The notes under the pieces were generated by a model. That model was not told where the DNA came from, made no database searches, and saw only the letters and a list, made by a program, of their open reading frames with translations. 64,000 nucleotides of DNA from a virus (taxonomy: Duplodnaviria > Caudoviricetes). The number at the start of each line of letters is the position of its first letter. Position 1 is the stretch's first letter. A program made the translations under genes and the position numbers. The stretch covers positions 1 through 64,000 of IMG/VR virus record IMGVR_UViG_3300032254_000001. The stretch is one strand, 5' to 3'. Below, in pieces: positions 20,646 through 32,318 of this stretch.

Positions 20646-22370
20646 CCTATATGTTACCGATTTTTTATTGTAAACTTCCATTTTGTGGGGAAATCGATGG
20701 TCCCGCGTTGCTTCCTAATCTCTTTACATAGCAATTTTGCAGTTCTAAAGCCTTCTGCGTATGATTTCTTGAAGATAGTTAAGGTATTACTCTGCATACC
20801 ATGCGCAAATCCTGCGCGATAGCTCTCTTCATTTAAATAACTCGGTACTGATAATCCAAAGTCTTCTAACTGCATTAATTTATTTATCAGCAGGGCGTTT
20901 TAATTTCTTCCACATTTCCTGCTTTTCAGCTATTTTTCTTTCACGTTCTTCACGCGGTAAATCAACTCGCTTTTTGCCCCAAGTCTTGCCGCGGTACGAA
21001 ACACCAGTTGCTTCTAATAGCGCCTTGCGCTTTGCATACGGTCCTTCTGTTTTGGGCTCTTCAACAGTTGGAGCTGGTGCAGTTGCAACCAACATAATTG
21101 TTGATCTACTGCCAGTGGAAGTACGAACTCGTTTTACTAGCTCGCGGTTGAGAAGGCGTTTTACCACTTTCTTCTCAACACGGTCAGCACGAATCGAATC
21201 GTGTTTCCATATGTATTCTAATGTTTCTCGCACTAGAACTGTCATTGGCTTTTGTGCTGCTGACATGACTAGTCGCCTTTATCTTCTTGCTCGCGCATTT
21301 GCTTGCTGTGTAGTTCTATGTTAGCACATTCCAAATTGGTTATTACCGCATTGGCAACAGCAAGTAACATACCTGACAGTCCAGCTACCATACCCCAGAT
21401 TATTTCTAGTGTAATAGGTGCGATATCTATGTAGCTCCATAGTGGCATTGTAGTAAAAATAAACACACCCATTCCCCATGCAAAGAATATTAAGGTAACA
21501 AGGTTACCGGTAATACGTCTGCGAGTACAATTAGTATTAATCTTCATCACTCTTTTCCTTTTCGATTTCTTTAAGTCTTACTTTAATCTCTTCAGCACGT
21601 TCTGGTTTACGTACACATCTAAATGCAAGTTCCCAACGTAACTGTTCTTCTTCAAATGAAATTTGTGATGGTCTGCGCTTATCGCCTTTGCCCATGTTAA
21701 TTCTCCTCGTCTCCGCTATCACCTTTCTTTATGTAACTCTTAAACCAAGGGTTTGGTACTACTTTTTCTGTATGTTCGTTTTCTCTTGGAATACAGTGTT
21801 TAAGGTGATGATGATGTTTTTCATCTAACCACAAAAAGTGTGGCCATTTAATAAATTTAAATCTGTTAGTTCTGCACCAGCGTATTACTAAGTATCCGCC
21901 GTCGTTGTCATATTTCCTCATTGCCCAAGTAAGGCAGTTGTGTCGCTTCTTTCTAAATGGTGCAATAAAGAACCAAATGATCAACCACAATACCGCCCAA
22001 CATGTTATCTTAAAATATGACCACATTATTCCTCGCTTCTAATTTCTCGGATCCCAGTTGTCAATCGTCGAAACTGTAACTAGGTTATTATTTTCATCGT
22101 ACGCCAATGAAAGTGGACCGCGCGTGTCCGGGTAAGTGATGAAGTACGGTAATTGTTCAAAGTTTTTACCCTCTGTCCAAAACTTAACTTTTAACAAGTC
22201 ACTCATTCCAGTTGTACCTGTTTCGCCAGTCCAACGGTTCTTAACTACATTATACTCGGTTCCAGTAACTTCTACAACCATATCGAAGAATTGAATTACT
22301 CTATTAGTATTACCATCGAAACCATCTTCTGAGCGATACCACGTGCCTTTATAATTTACTAAGAACATTG

Positions 22371-22919
22371 TTACACCTTTATTAAATTGTTAATTTCTAT
22401 AGGTAACCAAAAGTCTTCCGAGCGTTCTGGATGCCAAACTACGCCAGCTAAATTGCCGTCGATCCATGCTTCAACGTTGCCATCCATGTCTGTTGCCAGT
22501 GGTGTTGCTGTACTGTGCAACTTTTTAATATTTAACGTATGATAGCTATTCACTAATATTTCTTCGTTGTTATATAAAATTGTGTGTTCTGTGTTATGAT
22601 GATTGTCGATTTCGGAAATTGTACTACCTAATAGGTCAGCTAGGAAAAAACACCCGTGGCAAACACCAAGTACCGGTTTATTCTGTTTAAGCATTTCCGA
22701 AGCTAGTTTAGTTTCGGTAACTCGACGTTTAATTGAATCGTCGCCACCTGTAATTATTAATAGGTCGATAGACTTTGCAATTTCTTTAAAATCTTGTGTG
22801 GGGATATTTGAGACAAAAAATAACGTATGACCCGTTAAATGATTGAACCAATTATGTTCAATCGAGTCATACGCTATATTGTTATGATAAAGGACCCTCT
22901 GTGTGAGTCCGATATTCAT
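22371..22919 (-). CDS. class I glutamine amidotransferase (peptidase C26-like)
   Basis: LIITGGDD, LGVCHG (nucleophile Cys), VNSYH, WHPE. Confidence 0.88.
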   Translation of the reverse strand: MNIGLTQRVLYHNNIAYDSIEHNWFNHLTGHTLFFVSNIPTQDFKEIAKSIDLLIITGGDDSIKRRVTETKLASEMLKQNKPVLGVCHGCFFLADLLGSTISEIDNHHNTEHTILYNNEEILVNSYHTLNIKKLHSTATPLATDMDGNVEAWIDGNLAGVVWHPERSEDFWLPIEINNLIKV

Positions 22920-23597
22920 TTACACGGCAACGGCTGTGTTAGCGTTGCTGATGCTCATTAAGTCAGCGCGGATTTGCGGAGCAAGTACATTAACTTCTTC
23001 GATAACTGAGCTGTCAGCTTCGATTAAGGTAGCTAATTTGCGTTCACCGATAGAAGCATGGAAGCCTTCATCACGTGCAATTTTAGCATAACGTGAAGAA
23101 ACAAATGTATCTTCGATGCAGTTAGCCATTTCGTCCCAAACTGCTTCAGCACGACCTTCAGCAATGAGCTGATATAAAGCTAATGAAACTGGGTTTGTAG
23201 AAGCTTCGTATTTTGTTAATAGTGTAGCACCTTTTGCCGCTGAACCAGTGTCTGTAGCTTCTGCTGCTGCTGATTTCATTTTAGCGTCAAGATCAATCTC
23301 ATCGCCTGCAATGTGCTCTATAACATCTTTAACCATTTTGAAGTGTACAGCTTCGTCAAAAGCTTGCTTAGAAAGTAATTCTAATTCTTCAGCAGGTGTA
23401 TCAAGCGGCATGTTAGCAACTTGCTTTGAAATTTCTACCATGTTCATACGTTCGTTAACCATACGGCCAACAAAGTGATCTACTAATTCTTCTTTTGAAG
23501 GATTGCTTGCGAAGTAGTTACGTGCATTTGCACGGCTAGCTTCGAATAATGTGTTGTTATCTTCTTTAATTTGTGAAATTACTGCTTTTGTATCCAT
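22920..23597 (-). CDS. ferritin-like diiron protein
   Basis: E(RMN)..DEAVH..E(GRA)..DEGFH ligand pattern; start moved to MDTKAV. Confidence 0.8.
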   Translation of the reverse strand: MDTKAVISQIKEDNNTLFEASRANARNYFASNPSKEELVDHFVGRMVNERMNMVEISKQVANMPLDTPAEELELLSKQAFDEAVHFKMVKDVIEHIAGDEIDLDAKMKSAAAEATDTGSAAKGATLLTKYEASTNPVSLALYQLIAEGRAEAVWDEMANCIEDTFVSSRYAKIARDEGFHASIGERKLATLIEADSSVIEEVNVLAPQIRADLMSISNANTAVAV

Positions 23598-24145
23598 TTT
23601 TATATTTTCCTCTGAGATTATTATACAAAGGGACGTCGTTGTTAGTCGGATATCCCAAATGGGTAGTAACATACTGGATATCGACTGATATCACAATCTA
23701 AATTCTTGAGTTGTTACTAACGTTTATTTATTTAAAAATTCACTTTACGATATTTTTATTAAAACTTACCACCGCCGAGCATTTCGTTAACAGCTTGCAT
23801 GTCTCGCCCAGGCTTATAAGATTCCATGTATGCGTTGATATTTATAGAAGCATCAACATCATGAAATGAAAATACATTCATCTCTAGCTGACCAGTTGTG
23901 TGATTTTTGTGGATTATCCACCTGTTGACGTCACCGGCTTCTACTTCGTCTGTGCGTTCGACAGCACCCCATTTGAATTTATCAACGTCTACAGATAGTT
24001 TAAGATAGGTTTTAACGGCATCCAACTCGCCGTCAAAATCCATTATAATGCGTGGTGGATACTTCTTGACGCCATCGGCGTCAAGAGTTCCTTCGTTTGA
24101 GATAGTGATCTTGAACTTCATGTTACTGCCCCTTAGGGTTACAAA

Positions 24146-26224
24146 TTACAAGTAATCTGAGTTAATGTCAACGATATCGTATGGTGTTACGTCTGCGTCA
24201 TCCATTGCAAATACAAAATCAGCTTCGTCGCGCTCTGTTACAAGTGTACCACGTGTCTTACCGTGGATCTCGAACAGCTCACCTAAGGTGATCTTATTGT
24301 CTAAGCTAGTGAATGCTTCAACCATATCCTGGATAGTAGCCTTGTTGTTTTCAACGTTGTTGCCACTGCGACCCCATTTCTGAGAATCATAACCGGTATC
24401 GAAACGCTTGCCGTTTGTGCTAATATCAGCCCAAATTGCCTTACGTTCTTTAAGGTCGAATATTACAGGTATAACATTCTTGCTTGCACTGCGTAGGTCA
24501 ATCTTCTGAGCAACAGTCTTTGGTTCAAAGATTTCGTTACTCTTAACCTTGTCGCGTGTCATCCAACCTGCGAAACATTCTTCATGCTCTGCAAATGTAG
24601 GACCACTGTACACTAGCACGTTCATTGCTACGTAGCGGTAGGTGCTATCGTAGTCAAGTACAGACTGAATGTCAACATCCACAAACTCACTTGCACCGCT
24701 AGGCGCACTGGTGATGTCACCTGAGTGAGCAGACTTGTAGCCACTAGACTTAAGGTTAGTGTATGATACGTGTCCAACTTGATTAAAGCTTTCATCGTGG
24801 AATGTAGCAGACAAATCAATGTCTTGGCCTTTCCAGTAGATGAAGAAGCGAAGTGCTGCTTTATCACCAATTGGCATACGTGTACCACGTGCTACTTCTT
24901 TCAAGCCTTCGCTTGCAGAACGCATTGCAGTTGGCAATGGGCATTCGTACAATGCTGGGTCGATGTAAACTTTACCAAGGGCGTCTAACGCGCTGAAACG
25001 TGTAGTTAGAGAAGTGGTAATAACATTCAATAAGTGTGTGCGAACCTCAGGTGCAAGACGTGCAACTTCATTACGAAGTACGTATGCACTTTGAACCATA
25101 CCCTTAGGGAATACAACACGCTTGTCAAGAACTTTGTCACGTGACTTAGTCGCGCCCCAAAGCTGTGTTAAGTTACGCGCTGGTACTTGGTCTACAACTT
25201 CTGCAAATGCATCAACAATACCTGAGTGGTCATGCACATCTTTATAGATCAAGTCAATGATCTTACGTGCAAAGATACCTGGGCGAGTCTTAAGCAATTT
25301 AATGCTAGTTGGGATATCACTCACTTGCATAGCTTCTTCGATCTTACCATTGAAGGTTTCGATCTTTTTGTTCTCACGAAGCTTTGCAGCGATATCATAT
25401 AGCTTTTGGCTATAGTCGCCTACGTGTAAGTTGTGAAGTAATTTAATCCACTTGTTGCTGTGACGTACAAAGTCTTCTTCTTTTGCTACACGTTCTAGGT
25501 CTTTAACTAATACCTTGCGAACTTTACGTGGCAATGATTTGAATTTAGTATTCTCAGCTAGAGAAATGTCGCCTTCATTTAAGAAGGTAACGATACGTAG
25601 AATGTCAGTTGTGTCCTTAACAAGATCACTGTTCCACATATCATTCTTAAGGAACAAACCTGCTAGTAAGCAAATGTTTTCCTTAAAGGGAATATTCTCC
25701 GGCATAGAAATATAACGGCCGGAGTCAACGTACCATTCTACTGTTTCTTTGCTAAATCCTGAAATAGAATCTGCAGACTGAAGTATTTTACCAAACACAT
25801 TATCGAGGTCAGCCTCAGTAACGACACCGAGTGTTTTGAATTTAACATTTTCAAAACTAACTGGACGCTTGTTGATAGCGAAGGCAGGTTGCCACTCGCC
25901 GTGTGTCCAATAATGTGCCTGAGCGTTAATGAATAGCTCAGCTTCATCAGCCTCCATGACTTGGTCTGGAAAGTTTGGGTAGAAAGGTTTGTGAACCACG
26001 TTTGCGCCCACCAGTTCCTTTAGGACTGGCATGACGTCTTTATATAGAGATGCAATATCTTCACGATCAAGCTCGCTTAACTCGTCTGCAAGTTCCGCAG
26101 TAGGCATGAAGCCATAAGACATCATGTCAGAGATGAACGCCAGGCTGTAGCCCTTCTGCTCATCAATACGGTTTTCAGGCAATGTAATACCATTGCAAAG
26201 TTTAATAGCGATTTTCTGTTTCAT
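24146..26224 (-). CDS. large helical protein with C-terminal TerD-like domain
   Basis: C-terminal DIDLSA..GHVSYTNL..HSGDITSAP.GASEFVDVD (TerD-like); about 450 aa helical N-terminus. Confidence 0.75.
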   Translation of the reverse strand: MKQKIAIKLCNGITLPENRIDEQKGYSLAFISDMMSYGFMPTAELADELSELDREDIASLYKDVMPVLKELVGANVVHKPFYPNFPDQVMEADEAELFINAQAHYWTHGEWQPAFAINKRPVSFENVKFKTLGVVTEADLDNVFGKILQSADSISGFSKETVEWYVDSGRYISMPENIPFKENICLLAGLFLKNDMWNSDLVKDTTDILRIVTFLNEGDISLAENTKFKSLPRKVRKVLVKDLERVAKEEDFVRHSNKWIKLLHNLHVGDYSQKLYDIAAKLRENKKIETFNGKIEEAMQVSDIPTSIKLLKTRPGIFARKIIDLIYKDVHDHSGIVDAFAEVVDQVPARNLTQLWGATKSRDKVLDKRVVFPKGMVQSAYVLRNEVARLAPEVRTHLLNVITTSLTTRFSALDALGKVYIDPALYECPLPTAMRSASEGLKEVARGTRMPIGDKAALRFFIYWKGQDIDLSATFHDESFNQVGHVSYTNLKSSGYKSAHSGDITSAPSGASEFVDVDIQSVLDYDSTYRYVAMNVLVYSGPTFAEHEECFAGWMTRDKVKSNEIFEPKTVAQKIDLRSASKNVIPVIFDLKERKAIWADISTNGKRFDTGYDSQKWGRSGNNVENNKATIQDMVEAFTSLDNKITLGELFEIHGKTRGTLVTERDEADFVFAMDDADVTPYDIVDINSDYL

Positions 26225-26247
26225 TAAAGCACCTCTGTTAAATAAAT

Positions 26248-26312
26248 GTGGAAAGTAGAAAGACTAAGTTTTTTTCAAATAAAAGTTAGAAGGAAGTCAA
26301 TTCAATAGCCAC
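26248..26312 (-). ncRNA. Y-RNA-like scaffold RNA, member D (minimal)
   Basis: GUGG-CUAU-stem-CUUCCUUCU...stem-ACUUU-CCAC; terminal pair covaries relative to the GAGG/CCUC members. Confidence 0.7.
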
Positions 26313-26328
26313 AAAATCGTTTGTTAGT

Positions 26329-26470
26329 ATAGGAAATTAGGGATAGTAATCCTAGTAGAATTTATGTAATCTACATAACATTGTTGGCTTGTTCCAGTTA
26401 AGGAGTTGCCAACATCATTGAGTTAGAAGGAACTACTGTTTCGGTATCTCACCGTGGCCCTATAGCCTAT
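26329..26470 (-). ncRNA. Y-RNA-like scaffold RNA, member E (two-hairpin payload)
   Basis: AUAGG-CUAU-AGGG..AGUAG-UUCCUUCU...CUACU..CCCU-AAUUU-CCUAU; payload hairpins UGUUGGC/GCCAACA and UUAUGUA/UACAUAA. Confidence 0.65.
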
Positions 26471-26477
26471 GTCGTGT

Positions 26478-26505
26478 ATTATACGCTTTTTAATCTAGTT
26501 GTCAA
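26478..26505 (-). promoter_or_regulatory. sigma70-type promoter for RNA E, RNA D and the TerD-domain gene
   Basis: TTGACA-16-TATAAT, about 8 nt upstream of RNA E. Confidence 0.7.
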
Positions 26506-26867
26506 CCCTTTTGGTTAAGCATTTATTGCTGATTCGTCCAAAAAGGCCAACAACTCATTATCATTATGTTTACCTTCAATGATGATACTTAGCTCATCAC
26601 TTGTAATCTCGCAGGTAGTACGCACTAAGCAAACCTTAGGGTACATATCCGAATTGAACCTTAGGCGCATTGACATACCTTGTAATGCAGAGTTATCATT
26701 GGATATCTCTTTCTTGCACCAGCTTTCGTCAAGCTTCTTCATAATCTTAGCTTGGTCGCCTGTCAAGCCGGATGGCACAGTTAACTCGTAAAATGAGTCA
26801 ACGGCTGGAGATTCGCCGAAACGCTGTCTCACTGTAAACAGGTATCTATGTTCGTCTGATTCGTCAC

Positions 26868-27455
26868 TCATCCTAATTCGCTCTTATGTCTTATGCATGA
26901 TGCACATTCACCACACGGCTTTTTCTGTGATGCTTCGCAGTACCGTACAGTGTTTAGTATTTGCTTATAGTACACGAAAGTTTCCATGCGGTCAAGTATA
27001 TGTTTTTTCGTATACCACTCGTACGGGAATTTAAGCGGTACAGTATCGCCATCACAAATTAATGAGTTCATTGCTTTGTACGCATTAACTATTTCGGTTT
27101 TATAATGCCACGCATCATCATACTTTACATAGGCGATGTTAACGCTGCTATGGTCTTTGATATTTGCTATATCAGCAGAAGCATTAATCCAAAGAGCAGG
27201 CTGTCCGTATACTGTTTTGTTCACAACAATATTACCGTAACTAAAGGTGTGTTCGTTTATGATCTTGCCCTTTAGGTTAGCGTCGGCAATAATGCATTTT
27301 AGCTTAGTGATTGCCTTTTTCTCGTACCGTTGTAACTCTTCGCTGTTTTCAAGGTTGACGTATAAAATATCAACGTCTTCCTCTATTAACAATTCAATTA
27401 ACAAAGCAGTACTATCAAATCCGCCTGACCATAATACCAATGGACGCTTAGACAT
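26868..27455 (-). CDS. QueC-like PP-loop ATPase
   Basis: LWSGGFDST PP-loop and C-terminal C....PCGECASC zinc site. Confidence 0.75.
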   Translation of the reverse strand: MSKRPLVLWSGGFDSTALLIELLIEEDVDILYVNLENSEELQRYEKKAITKLKCIIADANLKGKIINEHTFSYGNIVVNKTVYGQPALWINASADIANIKDHSSVNIAYVKYDDAWHYKTEIVNAYKAMNSLICDGDTVPLKFPYEWYTKKHILDRMETFVYYKQILNTVRYCEASQKKPCGECASCIRHKSELG

Positions 27456-29729
27456 ATTATTTCAACTTTGGCAAGTAGTCAGAAATCATTTCGACTAACA
27501 CTGGAAAACAACCTAAGATAACACTACCTGTCATTAAATATGCGATAAAATCATGCATTGTCTTACACCTCTTCTTTTACTGGAATAACGGATGGAACGT
27601 GTTCTAACTCTTTTAACTCTTCTAGTGGATACAAACGCTTTCTACCTTTTACACTTACATAGTATCCGCCTGTAAGTTGTACACGGGTACCGTCTTTAAG
27701 TTTAAACAGGTACTGGTGCATGTGATTAAAGTGGTTAGGTCTGTGGAACCTTAAAGGCTTAAGCACACCGTCGACTTTCATGCTGTACAGCTTCTCGTCT
27801 TTAATATTAAAGAAGTATCCTGGATACTTTGTTGCAATAAAATCCGGAGTAAATGTTACAAACGGTTCGGTAGTCATTACTTGTCTCTCTGTGCTTGTTT
27901 CAGTTTATACATTGTAATAAGTTGCGGGTCTAGCTTAACTAAGTCACTTGCTGTTCTAAGGTTTACTGAATCAGTTCCGACACGTTGCACTCTAACCTTT
28001 AGGCGTGTAAAGTTTATTATCTGGAACAATTGCGGGGTCATGTACTGCTGGCTTGAACCGAGCACATAATCGCCTTCTTCAATTGGTTGTCCTAGAAAGT
28101 CTTCGTGCTCGGCCATCTTAGTTACCTTTCTTGCGTTCCGCTGCACCAACGTAAGTCAATGCGGCCATTACACCAAGGATCGTAATATTATAAAAGACCC
28201 ATGGCATTGATAAAACGGTTATTCCTAGTGTAGCAACATTTAAAAATATTAGGTAACTTGCTTTCATAATTAAATCCAAGGTTGACTTAAAATGTGTGTA
28301 CGAAGCATGAATTGATTAAAGTCTGTACCATCATCAATTGTAACATCGAACAGTGTTTCTTTAAAATTTACTTCCAATGGGTTACATTGAAAATAACCGT
28401 TGTACTGACCAAGCAGTTTTTGAACATACCGGCCGCACTTTGTCGGAGCATAAAATGTTGCGCTTGCCATTATTTGTGGTCCTTAGTTAAGCAATGCATT
28501 GTAACAAGAAGCGGATCAACTTTGATTAGGTCAGTTGGAAATCTTCTTGCTTGCGCAATGTGCGAATTGCCGTATATTTTTTTCAATTTAACATGCATCG
28601 CCGGAAATGCTACAACTTCAAACACGACTGGATCTACATATGTACCGTCGGAGCCGTATACATAATCACCAACTTTGAGTTCTTGTCCGACGTGGTCGAA
28701 CGACTTTTTGATTAACGATGCTCTTACTGCTGCTGCATCAACCTTGACAAGATCTTCGGCGAATTTCAGTAGCGAAGACTCCGGGCTATATATAGGATGC
28801 AATCTTGCTTTCTTAGCAGTGAACCCATATATCTCGTACACCTCTGGCGTTTCATTCTCGGATTTTAATCCAGCAACATAATCACCAATAACTAATTCTT
28901 GTCCGATACAGTCTTTCATGCTTTGGCCTTTGCAATTAATCTAGCAATCTCTGCCTGCTTAATTCTAGCCAAATTCATTGCGGCATTTAGTGAGCCAAGG
29001 TGACTGATAGCGCGGTCTGAAATACCGCCATCACCGTGCTCGAAGTCCAAACCGTCCATCGCATCATCCATATCTTGGATAAGCTCTTTAACTACCCTAA
29101 GGGCAGCACGGTATTCGTCTTTGTTATATTCGCTCATATCTTGCCTTGTAATTTAAGTTCGGTTTCGAGTTCTTGCATAACAGCATAATTATCTGCTAGC
29201 CCAAATATATTGTCAGGCTGCTCCTCGCGCATCATGTGTAGATCGTTGCGCATTGATTGAAGCCTCCATGCCAGCATGTTTCACCACTGGCGCATTTGCC
29301 GCGTAAACAATTCTCACATTTTTCTGGCTTACATTCTGAGTTTTTCATAATCATTCCCTTGGGGTTGATAATTGTTTATAGTGTAGTCTTACGACCGGTT
29401 AAAACATTAACTACAGTTGAGCCAGCGCCAAATGCTGCTCGCATTTCGCTCTTTTCTTCTGCGCTTGCTTCGCCTGAATGGTTAGCAACATATTCAGCTA
29501 AAAACTCTGCTTCATGTTTTCCGCGAGCTACTGCTGTATCCATAACATGGTTTTGAGTTACAAAACCTTCGTTGTATAATTCATCCATTGCATCTTGCAT
29601 TAGTGGACGGAACTCACCATCATCAAATTCCCAGCCACATACCTGTCCGCGTATTTTAACTTCGCCTGCTTCGAATTTGTCTGTCATGTAGCTCATATAT
29701 CTTGTCCTGTTTAATTAACCTATGTACTA

Positions 29730-29974
29730 ATTATATGATTATACACCCAAAAGGTCAACCTTTTTGTTAATTATTTGCCCTTTAAAAATCAATGACTTAC
29801 AAATTAGTTTAAAATAATACAAAATAGGGCGGTTTTGTGCATTGTTGGGGGTAACTACGCACATCTACAAATTACAAACAAATTATTTTCCACTATTCTT
29901 ATATAAATCAACGACTTAGCTCAAATCTACTCAGTTAATACATTTATAAAAAGTGCTTATAAATCAATGACTTA
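29730..29974 (-). promoter_or_regulatory. AT-rich regulatory region: sigma70 promoter plus three IHF-like sites
   Basis: TTGACC-17-TATAAT (29730-29758); AATCAA(T/C)GACTTA at 29787, 29906, 29962. Confidence 0.7.
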
Positions 29975-29980
29975 CAAAGC

Positions 29981-30568
29981 TTACGGTATATACTTGCGAA
30001 TATTGCTGTTTGCATAGGCACTTGGCAGAACTACATCAAAAGTATCAAATACTTTGCTATCTGGAGAACCCACGTAATTAAAGCCCAAAATGTACAGATC
30101 ATCAAAGTGGTTAATATCCAGCATATATCCGCTAGAACCTGGACCCATGCTATCCGCTTTGTATGTCTTCATTTTCTCAGGATGCTTATCAATCATGTAC
30201 TCCATCCAGTGACGTATTTCTGCTGTACGGAATAAGATTGCTTTGACGCATTTAAGCCCTTTGTCCATGCCGGGTTTTACAACTAAGTACAGATCACTTT
30301 CGGTTGTAAATATCCCAGATAAGTCCCCATTGCCTTTTAAGATTTCTATATAGATGCCTGTACTGCCAGTCACCTTTATTTCAATTTTGGAGCGATTAAG
30401 TATTTTGTCGTAACGTGGGTCGAAGCCTGTAGTTCCACCGTTTGATTGGAGTTCGTGGTAATAGCTTACTGCATTAATGATAGCATCTTCGGCGCGATCA
30501 TTGTACGAAAAGTCCGTACCGCCTTTGGTTTGGTTTAGTTTGCTAATTTCAATTTTCATTGTTTCCAA
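29981..30568 (-). CDS. hypothetical protein, possible PD-(D/E)xK nuclease fold
   Basis: YDKIL..IEIK..IYIE pattern; weak. Confidence 0.4.
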   Translation of the reverse strand: METMKIEISKLNQTKGGTDFSYNDRAEDAIINAVSYYHELQSNGGTTGFDPRYDKILNRSKIEIKVTGSTGIYIEILKGNGDLSGIFTTESDLYLVVKPGMDKGLKCVKAILFRTAEIRHWMEYMIDKHPEKMKTYKADSMGPGSSGYMLDINHFDDLYILGFNYVGSPDSKVFDTFDVVLPSAYANSNIRKYIP

Positions 30569-31103
30569 TCGCCATTTAGTATTCTAGGTTGAAGAGGTCT
30601 ATTGAATAGTCTTGCTGTTATGATTTCTTTTTCCATGTACGCGGCGAGGTACCTGCGGGACTCAACAAGCTTGTCGTGGAACCGAAATCTGTATTTTTTG
30701 ATATCGCTTAACACTATGAGTTGCCATTCGTCGTCGGGTAGTTCGTGCCACGGGTGTCCTGGAAACTCTGGATATCTCTGTTGATATTCAATCATAAGAG
30801 TAGTATATGATATTCTTACAGCAAGGTCAACTAGATTAGATAAATATTGATATGGCACAATTAAATGGTTACACAAACTCAGATGGCGTATTCGTAGATA
30901 AGGTTCCGCGTCCAGTGGATAGATATTCACCAAACGGAATTGCTCGAATCACACCTCCATTAAGTCGAGGTTATGCTAAACTAGCGTACAAAGCTTGGGT
31001 AGAAGGTGGAATGGCTAGTCCTTGGGACGGCACATACACAGATCATGAAGGCGCCCAGGATTTACAATATTTTGACGAACCATAACACAAGGTAAATAAT
31101 ATT

Positions 31104-31505
31104 ATGAAAGATCACAAAGAAACTTAGGTACACCCTTCACTATCACTCTGGAAATGGGGCAATGATCGCTTCAGCCATCTAGGGTATAAAATATTTACAA
31201 TAGCCTACATCAAAGGCATTTTCGATTGCTACCTTTTTTATTACAAGAAAGGTTCATACATTCCAAAGCACAAAGACCCGCACAAACACGGTAAACAGTA
31301 CAGGTTTAATATTGTACTGCGTAAGCCTACCTCTGGCGGTGAATTTGTGTGTAACGGAAAACATTTTAATTTATGGAATCGGTTTATCTTATTTAGAGCA
31401 GACCGTGACTATCATTACATTAATAAAATTACCCAGGGCACAAGGCTTATGCTTAGTTTTGGGTTTTATTTCAAACACAAAGGAGAACATCATGTCAAAT
31501 TTTGA
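31104..31505 (+). CDS. 2OG-Fe(II) oxygenase-like gene with in-frame TAG at codon 8 (missed by ORF track)
   Basis: frame encodes YIPKHKDP (HxD), GGEF, YHY, R.MLSFG; ATG at 31104 preceded by AAGGT. Confidence 0.6.
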
Positions 31506-32019
31506 AACAAAAGAACAATACCTGAACTTTATTTCCGCCTGGAAATCATCAACAAACGCTGAAGAATGCAAATCCAAAAGGGTTGTGTGCAACCACACGC
31601 AATACAGATGGAATAACAGTTTCAGCGCCGAAGAGAAAGCACGGTTCGAAGAACTAGGCTACATTAACATAAGCAATTACTCGTACGAAGTGCCAGATGG
31701 CGGCCATTATAAAACTAAAGGCTGGCTCAATGCATCACATTACATATTCCGTAACATGATGCTAGGCAAAGATCCAATGCGTGGCTTTAGCCCTAAATCA
31801 GAACGTAAGCTAGAGTACGGTGAAAACCCGTGGTCAGCATTTGAAGCTGGTGAATGGGAATTGCGAATGGTTATTAAGGATGCAAAGCTTTATGTAGACG
31901 AGCTTGGTAAAGGTAAAACACCAGCATACGGCAGAAGGGCAAAAGCATTCCTTGAACCATTCCAGGGCAAGATTGCGATAGCGGACTTACTAAAGATCGA
32001 AGAGCCTGCTCATCGCTAA
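31492..32019 (+). CDS. hypothetical protein
   Basis: start MSNFETK after GGAG RBS. Confidence 0.65.
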   Translation: MSNFETKEQYLNFISAWKSSTNAEECKSKRVVCNHTQYRWNNSFSAEEKARFEELGYINISNYSYEVPDGGHYKTKGWLNASHYIFRNMMLGKDPMRGFSPKSERKLEYGENPWSAFEAGEWELRMVIKDAKLYVDELGKGKTPAYGRRAKAFLEPFQGKIAIADLLKIEEPAHR

Positions 32020-32291
32020 GGATGATGCTGTTCTTTTGGAACCTTTGGATACACTTTGTATCTTAGGATAACTAAGATAATAACAATGTTGAATGCGTAG
32101 TTAGCGACTAATGGATACAGAATGGTTGGTTGGGCGAGTACATATATTAATACGAGTACTTCGCCCCACAGCCACATTTGGAGGAATGGCATATTGACGC
32201 CATGCGTGTGTCCTTCTTTGCAACTCTGCCAGGCCATTGGCACACCGCAAAATGTTAACAAGAAGCTACCTACCCATCCAATAATTTCCAT
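32016..32291 (-). CDS. PQ-loop/SemiSWEET-like small membrane protein
   Basis: IGWVGSFLL..VPMAW, three TM helices. Confidence 0.6.
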   Translation of the reverse strand: MEIIGWVGSFLLTFCGVPMAWQSCKEGHTHGVNMPFLQMWLWGEVLVLIYVLAQPTILYPLVANYAFNIVIILVILRYKVYPKVPKEQHHP

Positions 32292-32318
32292 CGTGTTTCC
32301 TCACTACTAAATATCACT

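Noticed and set aside
31104-31127. Genome-wide amber recoding
   Set aside because: TAG ends well-conserved genes at expected positions (for example nadM), long genes are uninterrupted, and no CUA-anticodon tRNA was found
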